Origin: Phoronis australis
Lineage: Eukaryota; Animalia; Phoronida
Length of the DNA stretch: 64,000 bases
Direction: 5' to 3'
NCBI GenBank assembly: GCA_002633005.1
Contig: NMRA01000678.1
Coordinates: forward strand, 65,613-129,612
Position numbers and translations under genes: made by a program. Shown here in pieces: positions 13,682-24,600 of this stretch. Under the pieces are notes generated by a model. That model was not told the DNA's origin, ran no database searches, and was given only the letters and a program-made list of their open reading frames with translations. Positions within the stretch are counted from its first letter, which is position 1. Each line of letters starts with the position of its first letter.

Positions 13682-14780
13682 AAGGTGGTAGAAAGAAGTC
13701 GTCGTTCCAACGCAGTGAGGAGGTGGGAGGTTCAGCACGCATGCTGCGCAAACAGTCGAGTAAGGACTCTCNAATGACGGCAGTGTTTGTAGTGACACTT
13801 CTATATCGTAAGTTGTCTTCATTGAGCTGCCATTCTTAATGCTCACCATTTTAGATGACTAGATGGGTCAATCCAGCTTACTGAGCCCAGCTCAGCATTT
13901 TAGTGATTTTCCAGTTTATTTCGAGCACAAAACGACTTTTAAACTGAGTTAGGCCCAACTTGAGACCTGTTTTGTAGTTGTGAACTCTCGGAGTCACAAG
14001 ATTCTTGACAGGAGAGACCAAAGTTTGGTAAAATCCATATCTAAATTTAAACTCATTTTCGTAACATAATTTATTTCTTCGAGTACCAGAAGGAATAGGT
14101 TATAGGGGTCCGGAGAAGTTACCACACCTAATAAACTGTCTTCCTTAAACAGTTAATCTTGAGATTATAGGTATACATTCAAACGAGTAGCTAACTTCAG
14201 CTGATACATGTAGATGTAATGAATTAATCACTGCTTTCTGTACAAAACAAATTGGTTCAAATTCCTGTCATGATGGCTAGATGAAGCTAAATTCATCGTT
14301 GTGGCGGAATTTCTCAGGAATAAAGGGGAATGTACTGGAAAACTAGCAAGGTGGAAATGAAATGCTGTTCTGTATTTAGAATTTTGCTGCTAATAGTTTT
14401 ATGGAGGGGAGCCAAGGCGGTACATGTATTTTGTCCCAGTTCCTTCTGGTGTATACTGTGTTATGATGTCTCTGGTTATGGATTATATAGCATTAGATTT
14501 TTAACGTTGCATTTGAAGCTGATAATGCTATTGATGATTCGCAATCCACTCTCGTTACACAGGTGGATGCGAGGCATGCACCCAGGTGGTGACACCTGCG
14601 GTGGCCTAACGGACTTCGTAGAGGGTCTCGGCCCGTCACAGCTGGGGGGCCGTCAGGTGCTGGGCTCTCTGTGTATGGGTAAAATCCAGGTGGGCCTGTG
14701 CGATCGTAAGGTACGTCTTGAGGTGGAGGTGATGCGGGCACGCGGGCTGATCTCCAAGTCCGCCTCCAAGGTGCCACCAG
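13682..14780 (+). pseudogene. RIMS: Two-exon fragment of a RIM/unc-10 (Rab3-interacting molecule) gene: pre-C2B linker and start of C2B domain
   Basis: Exon 13682-13807 (EGGRKKSSFQRSEEVGGSARMLRKQSSKDS.NDGSVCSDTSIS; frame ambiguous at N 13772) splices in phase 2 to exon 14563-14780 (WMRGMHPGGDTCGGLTDFVEGLGPSQLGGRQVLGSLCMGKIQVGLCDRKVRLEVEVMRARGLISKSASKVPP), matching the RIM motif DF.DGLGP.QLVGRQ.L..P.MG.IQ......G.LEVEVIRAR.L..KPGSK. The next exon (APYVKVYL) was not found; several conserved residues are substituted. Homology is firm, pseudogene status is inferred. Confidence 0.75.
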
Positions 14781-15464
14781 GTGAGAGATTTATGATATAA
14801 CTTCAGGCCTGTGCAAAGGCTGCTCGTGTTGAAAAACTATAAGTCAGAGTTGAAATCATTATGGGTCATGTATACGGGACCAATAGATGTCGCAGATAGA
14901 TATTAGTACTGCCTACTTTAAAAATCCCGGATTGGGCTTTCAATTAAACCCAAGATAACATTGGCACCTTATTACGAAGGTGCTCTGCAACAGCTAACAT
15001 TCGAGCTCGGCGTACCTTATGAGAACTTACATGTACTTGTGTAAAGACTCGTTCCGGGATGTACGTTTCTGACGTACATATTCTCTTTTATCAAGCCTGA
15101 CCCAGCACGATATACCGTGAAAGTAGACGAAAATTCATTGCCTTGAATTTGACCCTAGGCCGAGGATGGGTGTTGTGAAAATGACACTGCAATATTATAT
15201 CACTCTCGACACGTAACCTGTCTGTTTGAGTGGCTTGAGAATACTGGCAGTTGCACCGATTTGAACTCTTGAGAAAAGATCCGCAACGATGTCATTCTAC
15301 GACACTCTCGTTTATGTTTTATGGACGTGCAGATCTTGAGGCGATAATAAAATAAAAATTATAAAAATAGTTTCATATTACGAGTTTTTCAACATTTATA
15401 AAGATGATTTATCTGTTTGTCATGGCTTAGTCAACCTGTTTAGATTGGCTCAATGTGCTCATTA

Positions 15465-15670
15465 CAGTGGCGGATCTAGGATATCATAAGGGGAGGGGCC
15501 AACAGCCGCGCACTCAGCCCAAAAAATGTGGGGCTCGAATTTCTGAGGATATTGACATTTTACTAAAAAACAAACGGAGGTCTAAAAAACGGAAACCGAT
15601 TGCGCAAGTGGTCTGAATCGGACACTTGCAGTCGTGTCTTAGCCCCCCNCCCCCCCCCCCTCCACCACAC
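15465..15670 (+). mobile_element. Truncated MITE of the CAG.GGCGGATC.AGG-end family (related to 35969-36237 and ~22487-22610)
   Basis: Starts cagtggcggatctagg; internal cagcccaaaaaatgtggggctcgaa matches cagcctaaaatgtaggggtctcgaa near 36036; poly-C tract with an N. Confidence 0.5.
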
Positions 15671-17232
15671 GCGCAATTTTTATAAATTTATGTTTTTTTC
15701 TACTTCATACACAGTGAAGGGAATGCAGTTTTGAGTGTGTTCTTGTAATTTTACCTGCAGAAGAAAAACATAATTGTATAATAACGTGAAATAAAAAACC
15801 AACTGAAACAAAATACCACCAACTTCGATATCAGAGAACGTGAGAAGGAAAAGTATGAACTGCTTAAAAATTTCCTCAGGTTTTGATAGGCGTTCTGTCA
15901 GCTGTTGTTATCAGATATTTTCCATGTACTCTGATTGAAATACAATGCATGGTTACTTAGAGAAAGCCAGCATCTCATTCCTTCATGAGGTTTGTGCAGA
16001 GTTAGTAAAACAGATAAACGAAGCCACCTGTATCTTGCAACACCGTCAAGAATTCTCGACTGGCCATGTAGTGGTGAGCTAGGAAAGATATTACCTCCTG
16101 GATATCTGTCTTTGCTATTTGTACCTGAACGACCCGCAGTTGCGCTTGTGGTAGAAAGCGTATTGTGTGTTATTATTGACTATAGAGAATCCATTTCTTT
16201 TATTACTTAATAGTTTGTCAGAGTGAAATTTACACTTTTTACCAGCAGACTTCGATTCCGAAACGACACCAAATCTGGTGAAAGACAGCACACTGCACAC
16301 AAAATAAACATTTTCATTTTTTATTTTCCCAGTTCCAATGAGTAAATTACAGAGGTCTGAGATTCCCCTGGCTTAGAAGTTTTCAATTTAAAATTGGCAA
16401 CACAAATATACAGTCGAATTGAGTTTTACAAAGACAAACAGGATAACAACATAACAACATAACATACAATGTTGTATACTTGGCCCAATAATTCTGCAAT
16501 TGTAGAGCGGAAGCGTGTGACCAAATAGTCTTATGTCATTTTCATGAAACAGAACCCTGGGCTGAAGGTTGCGCAAGTGCATTGACAAAGAGATCTCAAA
16601 GATACTCTGTGATCGCAACGCACGATTAAATCTGTGTTCGCTTGCAGACAAACTTGAATGAGCAGCCGCGTAGGGACTGGAAACTCATCAAGTTCAAACC
16701 TTATTTCTAACATAAGATGGAGTGTGTTACGACACAACTGATTAATAACACCGATTGTACCACGCTATCAACCTGTTGGCCAATACAACTGTTAAATCTG
16801 ATAACCCATTTAGTTATTCAACATGTTTTAAATAACATGTTGGCGAGAACGCGAGCCGTCGACTTAACCCCTGCGCCATCCAGCAGCTGACGTCACCATA
16901 CGTGAAAATCAAACACTTAAATAAGGACGCGCAATAATTGCATGTTCAACAAATCGAATTGTGCCGACATAGATAAGACGCAAAATTTCAATAAAAAACG
17001 ACATCTTTACTTCAGTAAAATTTATCTGTCATCGCAAATCATCGATCTCCAGTTTAACTGCGGGTAACATGTCGTCGCGCGGGATCCTTTGACTTCGACA
17101 TTATACTCAGTAACCAGTGGTAACCTGCTGTAGCCGACGGTGTTTTCACGACGGAAGTTTAGCATGATGAGGTGTGTAGTAACCTGTAGTTGCTTAAAAC
17201 TTATTTTATAGATTCACTTTATTTCTCTTTTA

Positions 17233-17551
17233 TTTAAAATTTCAATTGGTTTTGAGTAAAAACATTATTTTATCAAGAATAACTAGGCGTTTCTTAAAAG
17301 GTCACGACCTCCGTCCCCGGGCCTCTGACATAGAAAGCAGCTACAAAGCCGACTGAGACGAGTCGAGAAAGGTAGATCGACATTCATTGCAATGTTTATC
17401 GTTCAGTATGTGGTATAAATAGATTATTACATGTTCTCAGCCGTAATCCCCCTTATCTAGAGCCTTCGTGGATTTTGTAGAATAATTCTTCAAAATCTAT
17501 TCGGGCCCTAGATTACGGAGGATGACGACTTCGCCATGTAATAACCTAAAT
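17233..17551 (+). repeat. Dispersed repeat of about 320 bp; inverted copy at 23950-24283
   Basis: e.g. cttaaaaggtcacgacctccg...ccgggcctctgacatagaaag and gtatgtggtataaatagatta are reverse-complemented within 24080-24225. Confidence 0.85.
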
Positions 17552-19512
17552 ATACGTAATTTTTATATTACATGGGCGAATCACAAAGTAGTGCAAAGTA
17601 GAAATCCATACGCCTTAGATTTTATCGTCTGTAAAACACTAATACCAACAACCAAACATCCACCTCGATCAATCCGGCACGCTTCAATATGACATCCAAA
17701 ACAGCAGCCTCATGTACGTACTCCTAGTCGGAATTACATGCAAACTTCTTAAAAGGGGACTGTAGTAAAAATAATGCAGCAGTTAACCAGTTCTAACATA
17801 TAAATAAAACTCATATTTTCCCGAGTTGCGCGCCAAACAATAGCTGATTCACATTTAGTGTCAAAACACTGAAATTCTGACAGTGATCACTTAATTATTG
17901 GCTGATATGTCAGTGATGTGGCTGGTGGGGTATCGACTGATTGTCACATATTGCTGTGCCATGTTGTGAAGGGTTTACATGGTATTTTGTCGTTTTATCT
18001 GCCGTACCTGCTTTTTACTGTTTGCCATAGTGTTGTAAAAGGTTTGCCCTGCCTTTTTGCAGGGCTCCTGGCTGTTCAGACTCTTTGAAAAAGGTGTCTT
18101 CTAAGGGGAGGGACCTCGCATACCGGCATTGCCATCGGTTGGTATGAAGCTGTAGGCTAAATATACAACTTTGCGCCGATATGGGTAAAAATGTACAAAT
18201 AAAATCTGACTCAAAATTAATGCCATTAAAACTACTCTCTTCCTTGAGTAAACTTACTTATTTATCGGTGTCGGAAAAATATAGCGTTCTGCCGTTAATC
18301 GGCTGCTGCTAAAATTGTGACTCGTTCTTTTGGGTCGACTTTCGGCGATTGCGTCGCCTGACCTTGACCAGTTTCTTTTGCCCCGATTCTTTTATCAACT
18401 GTTCTTTGCTCCGGCACGAGGTTGCGTACATGTCACAACAAATTCTAGGAACATGTTTCATTTCGTTACAAGTTTTTAGTATCTTAATTCCAGCAAACAG
18501 AATTTTAAAATAAACTTTGCTGCTGCGAAGCTGTCATCACTCTCCCGAGAGACGTCGCAAAATTTTGGGAAATGGCACGTGCTCCGTGTCACGAGTTTGC
18601 TGTTTTTGAAAACGGGCCACAGACTTTTCTTTGTTACAAATGGCAGAGAATAATGCTAGAAAATGACGTTTATTTGATTGTTTTCCACTTAAAAAACGAC
18701 TGTAACGAACAAGGTGAGTGTCAGTTGACTACCATATTTTGCATGCACCTCCGCCGGTCTTTAGGTCTACATTTTGATGTAAGTTTCACGAAGAGGTGAC
18801 GAACATAACTACCCGGGCAGTCCCACACTGTGTGAAATTTCTGGGTCTGACGGAGCTCAACAGATAGTGGAACCTAGCTGCACTTTGACGATAGTCTTCA
18901 TGCAGCTATAGTCGGTAATGAACCTACCCTTATTTCGACAATCTGAAGAACGCCACTTGATTGCAAGCTAAACTAGGACACTGACTTTGCCCCACCAAAT
19001 ACATGTACGTAACGAGAAGCAGCGCTCAAAGCGTGTGAGTTTTTTAGTTTCGTTAGAAAATATAAGTTTACTTTTGGCGGTTGAATTAGTAGTGAAATTA
19101 ATCAACAACTCATAGAGAACTGTGCAAAATTTATTCAGAATAAAATACAGTTCCCGGCGAATTCCATGACCACTTTCATTCAAACTGAGATGCACCGACC
19201 TCACTCAAGAAATCGTGCCGTGAGACTGATTGGCTGTGCTGTCTCAAGGTCAGTGCTCACGTGCGGGTAAAACCTGCTGACTGTTATTTATAAACATTTG
19301 TTAAGTTTTAATGTTACGACTTCAAAGAGTTTTTATTAGGTTCTAACTTGAACGTATGTGACGAAAGGTAAATGCGATTCACAAATGTTAAGTTTAAAAT
19401 AGAAAAATAACTGGGTTTACTTTATATCGCACAAGCGTGATTTTACAAAAGTTGTGGTTGAAAGTTTACGGTTCATGTGAAAAATCCCTCGGCAAGCCTC
19501 GGGATTTTGACT

Positions 19513-20611
19513 AAATTTCCACAGGCGCTTGGGTTTATCGCAAATGACGTCACTCAATAATATATATAAGAAAACATAAAGGTTGGACACTTAAACTTTG
19601 CCAAGCCGAGGCTCCCAACTTCAACCGTCCAAAATCCAAATAAAATCAGTCTGGTGTTGCATAAACCTTCGAAGCCTTATCTTTCCTAGATCCCATTAAC
19701 TGTCTTCGTGAGTGGTGAATTGGTGATGGAATTTCCAAAACAATCTCAAAACTCTGAATTCAAGGACCTGAAATAGTAAACATGGCGGATTTCTGTTGTG
19801 CTTCAACTTGTACGCCTGACGTAGGTGAAACTTCGAGTTTGAGCAAGCAACCTATACTTCAAATTCAATAACTCTAATCCAAAACTCAACTAATTGAGAA
19901 TGTTAAATTTAGTATTTTAATGCCTATTTGTAACTTTATTCCACTGACGGCTCATTTTAGCCCTTAACTTAGAATTTTATTGCATAAACTGGCGTATCTT
20001 GTTTCTCATCTTGACATCACGCACTTTTTTGATTGAAGCACAACACACACTCGGCCACTGCATGGAAACGCAGTCCGTGCAAGTATTACTCAATGGTTTT
20101 GGCCAAAAGTAAAACCTTCATAAGAAATCACAGTACACAAAAACTTCGCATATCAATACAGTATCAAGATAATTTATATTTGACACAAATATGTGAGTAA
20201 TTACATTTATTTGGCAATAAAGTGCTCTCTGCTTCTCATGATCAAGTAGTCGAGGGATTGACGATGAAAGCCGCGCGAAATTAGACTTTCGGATTTAGCT
20301 CGGGAGCGTCCGTCAAAAACCCGGATGTGCGAAGACCGTCTGCCATGACATCACGGAATCACTTCCTTGAATTTGTGATTTTGGCATTCTTTTGGCATTT
20401 TTGTCGCCAAATCACCACTCGAAGGCAATTTGAAGAGATCGAATGAAAGAAAGTATTCTAAGAGTTGTCCGATGCTAGTTTCGTGGAGTTCCATGCACAT
20501 TTGAGTAGAAAATTCTGAGCAAACAGATTTCGAGTGTCCAACCTTTATGTTTTCTTATATATATTATTGAGTGACGTCATTTGCGATAAACCCAAGCGCC
20601 TGTGTAAATTT
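19513..20611. mobile_element. Non-autonomous DNA element, 1.1 kb, with 79-bp near-perfect inverted repeats
   Basis: 19513-19591 is the reverse complement of 20533-20611 with one mismatch; extra hairpin aaaatccctcggcaagcctcgggatttt immediately left; no long ORF and no clear TSD. Confidence 0.85.
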
Positions 20612-20759
20612 CTAAGAGGTTTTGCCCACGTCATAAACCTGAGACTCGAGCTCATAATTACGCGCAAGCTGCCACGAGACATTCATAGCGTTAATACACA
20701 AAACGTACCGAGAATGGTGTAGTCCGTGTACATGAAGTAATATCCCACGAGTGGCCAAG

Positions 20760-21285
20760 GGATATTACTTTATCTACGCAAATCGAGGTACGTTTTGTAT
20801 TTATCCCACACGCTTCGAACTCCTAAGTTTCTTTCATTTTTTCCGCAGAATTTTTTTAAATACATCACCCAGACTTTACACTTGGCGGATCCCATCCTTT
20901 ATGAATGTACTTGCGCGTTAGGTTATAAGTTTTCTCTAGTAAAAGAAATGTAACGATTTATTACTTGAAAAGAGATAACAGAGGTGAAAGCAACGGTAGT
21001 TGTGAATTGAACGTGAAACATTTCTTTAACATAGTTCAATATAAAAACTTTTGATATTGTAGTTACCGAGAAATCAGCACCTGACTTGCAGACGATATAA
21101 CCTTTAGCAATTGAAAACTGAGACAAAATTGTCATGTAATTAACATTTTTGTACCAAATGTTACGTTTGGGACCTGATTGCATGTTGAGTGTTATTTATA
21201 CTGCTGCAATTGTATTATTTTAAACTATTTTGTGAAAATTTGATAATTGAACCATATTGCACTTGACCGATTCAATGCGTGTAAT
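20760..21285 (+). repeat. Upstream flank of paralog B, duplicated at ~37110-37775
   Basis: cccacacgcttcgaa.tcctaagtttctttcatttt, ttgaaaagagataaca, gttgcagacgatata, ttagcaattgaaaactga in the same order at 37180-37775. Confidence 0.85.
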
Positions 21286-21556
21286 GATAAAAATATCAAA
21301 GATAGTTTTTAGGTCGAGTTACAATTTGTAAGAATTGGAAAGACTTTTGGGAGCACATTTTGATGAAGTGTGGTAGTTGAGTTTTCTGAAAACTTTTTTG
21401 TCACTTTTCCTAATAAGCACCCATGAGCTACTGATACTTATCTAACCTTCTGGCATCAAGTACGTTATCAACGGAATCTTCATTCAAGCAAAAGACAAAC
21501 CTTGAAAAGGTTTTAGAAATGTGCGCAAATCGACGGGACCTGTTCACATCGAACAC

Positions 21557-21590
21557 TATAAAAGGCCGTATACAACTGACCGCTCATCGT
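21557..21590 (+). promoter_or_regulatory. TATA-box core promoter of paralog B
   Basis: TATAAAA at 21557-21563, Inr-like CTCATC about 29 nt downstream, ATG at 21620. Confidence 0.7.
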
Positions 21591-21619
21591 AGGGCCGCTT
21601 GAACGAGTTCGCAAGAATC

Positions 21620-24600
21620 ATGAAATTGTCTCTAGTGGCGTTTTACTTAGTCTGTGCTGTTGCTTTGGTAAGTTCTCTATTCAAACTTTGAGTGGTCATG
21701 TGTTAATTGGGTTTTGGACTTTTCATGTAAAATATGAGCCCAAGAACTTTTAAGTTAAAATGGACACTGAAGTGTCAAAACAGAGTTTTGTAACGTTCTT
21801 TGCTCAAGATTGAAAGTCACTGTTAGTAATGGAAGTTAGTTGTTCAGTCGATATCAGCTACCAAGGGAAATAACTGAAATTTATTTTCAGTAATAGAAAA
21901 AGTACAACGGATTTTTATTGCGTCTAGGGAAATGGTACCATTTACCAGTAAAAAATAACGCTTCGGAAATGATGAGTCAGGCCATGTTTAGGTCGCATGT
22001 CTGATAGACATTAGGAACATTTAACATTGAAAAGTAAAAGTCTTGGAAAAGAAAAAAAAACTACTTAACAATTCGTTTTGTATCACTCACCAATTTTGAT
22101 TACCCTTAGGTTAAAGCGGTGTCATTCCAATGTCATACGATTTACCCCAAACTGTCAATAATTTCCTACCCAACACATAAACCATGTTCAATCGTTCTTG
22201 ACTTGTAAATTTCTCGCGAAGACAAAGGTACACGTATTTTTATGTAATTGATTTGAAAGTGATAATATGGAACAAAATGATTGTTACTGTTGCAGTGCTC
22301 GGCTAAACCGGGTCCTTTCAGTGAGGGTCCTTTCAGCGGAAAACTTGCGGATCCCAAAAATGTATCTGTATTTGTCGCTGAGATTGTAAGTAATGGTATG
22401 GGGGTAGTGCAGAAAAGAAACATGATCGGCGGAAAGAAACAATCACGTAAGTAATGTAACTTTTATCTGTGCTAGCATAGATTATACATGCGCGCACCCA
22501 GCCTCCAATATGCGGGGGGGTCTAATTTCTGACGTCGTGGACCTTTCGATAACAATAACGAGGGTGAACATAAAAAGGGGGCGCACCACTGTGAATTTCG
22601 CGTTTGTGCCTGTTTAATGGACTTTTGTCTCCTTCTCTCAGACTTTTGTTTCTCGGAGGCCGACCTTTTTGCCCACTTCGCCANGACGACAGATTCGCAA
22701 CTCCGACATTTTGTTCCGTGCTTACCAAGAGGAGGCGTCACCATCCTGAATTATCTGGTGCAGTTTCCGGTTAGTATATTTTGACGGAAAATTCTCGCAT
22801 AAACTTTACTGTCCAGTACAACGAAAAATATAATAAATTCGGCATTGAAACGCTGTTAAAAGTCTTCCAATAGTAGAGCTGTTGGTATCGTGAGAACTTT
22901 TGGCAATGCTGCTGGTAATTGATTACAAAATTCAAACTTCGGTGCCGATTGATTATGTCGTTTGCTTGCACAATACTAGCAGCATAGTTATTGGACAGTT
23001 TGTGATTCATTGTTTAAATACTGAGAAAACTACGAAAGCATATTTGTGCACAAATTCCAAGGAGTACCTGTGAATTCAAAAGATACTTATATATCTATTT
23101 TGTTTTAGAAAAATATTATTTTGTTAGGATTAAAAAATGCGCCGCTGCAACGATTTCACTGGTTTAACCTTTGTATGGTTATAATTCAACCTTTTCTCAA
23201 GTGAGCAGTTCTTCTGGGAAGTGTTGAGTGGCCCTTAAAAGGGCCGTTGGTTGTACTGTGCATGAGCCTTAGGTATAGCGTGAAATGTTTCTTAAAAAAA
23301 CCGTTGAATAATTCAACATAACTCACACAGTATATACCGTGTTCACTCAATTACTGAAGGTGCTCTTCATTTAAGTTTTCACCAGGGATGGTTGGATGAA
23401 AACAGACAAGATGACAAAATCGATGACAGTTGTAACACCTTTGTTACCGTTCACCAACGTTTTCACGAACCCTGCCTCGTTCAGTTCTTGTTCCTAGATC
23501 CACAAATAATCCTGAACCGTAGGGAAAAAAGACATACAACAAAACGAATCAAATTTCGAAAATCATCGCCTTCGCAGGATTCAGTGTTGCTGTCGCCATA
23601 CCGATATTCTTCCCCAACATCCATGTCGAAAATCGGCGTTGCAAGTGATGGAAAATTGTGTCTTTTGTTTCTAAATTTTAACCCATTTTTTAAGAAAGGG
23701 GTGTACTGATTATGTCTAATGTTGATAGAGCATGACTTGTGGTTTTTACAATGCATTAATCGTGCTGCATGTATTGATATTAAGTGGCCTCTTTGAGTTG
23801 AACAGAAAATAAATTAAACGAAACGCATTAAAGTTTTGAAAATATAAAGAGCAGTAACAGACTACCTAAAAATCAAGCGTGTTTTCGAAAGGTTTGCGCA
23901 TTTGGTGTGATCCGATTGGTTCAAGCACTTGCGGCTGGAAAATTATAGATGTAGATTATTACATGGCGAAGTCATTATCCCGAGTGGATTTTAGAGAATT
24001 ATCGCCCGAGAGGGGTTAGTTCCAAGGGTGATAATTCTCCAAAATCCACGAGGGCTCTAGATAAGGGGGATAACGACTGAGAACATGTACTAATCTATTT
24101 ATACCACATACTAAACGAGAAACATTGCATTGAATCGATCTACCTTTCTCGGCTCGCCTCGGCTTTGTAACTACATGTACTTTCTATGTCAGAGGCCCGG
24201 GGTCGGAGGTCGTGACCTTTTAAGAAAAGCCGAGCTATTTTTGTCAAATAATGCTTATACTCAAAACCAATTGGAAATTTAAACAAAATCATTAGTATTT
24301 TTGTCGGGTTCTCAAGTTTTCCGAGGCTAGGGTAAGGTAGAAATGTTTCTGTGAACTTCCATGTCTGTGGCGTTATTCATACCTGACCAAACTTTAAAAA
24401 AAGAGGCCCTTTTTTAAAACCAGGAGCTGCATAGGTGCAATTTGTGTAGGCGTTTGTATGCGTTGCGAGTTTTTATAAAAACGGGTCAGTCTGTAGCCAA
24501 CTACGGTAAATTCATAACAGATTGGGTGCAGTGCAACTGAAGTTCATAAAAAGTTAAACTGGACTTCCAAACCGCTTGATCTGATTTGATTATTTTGTTT

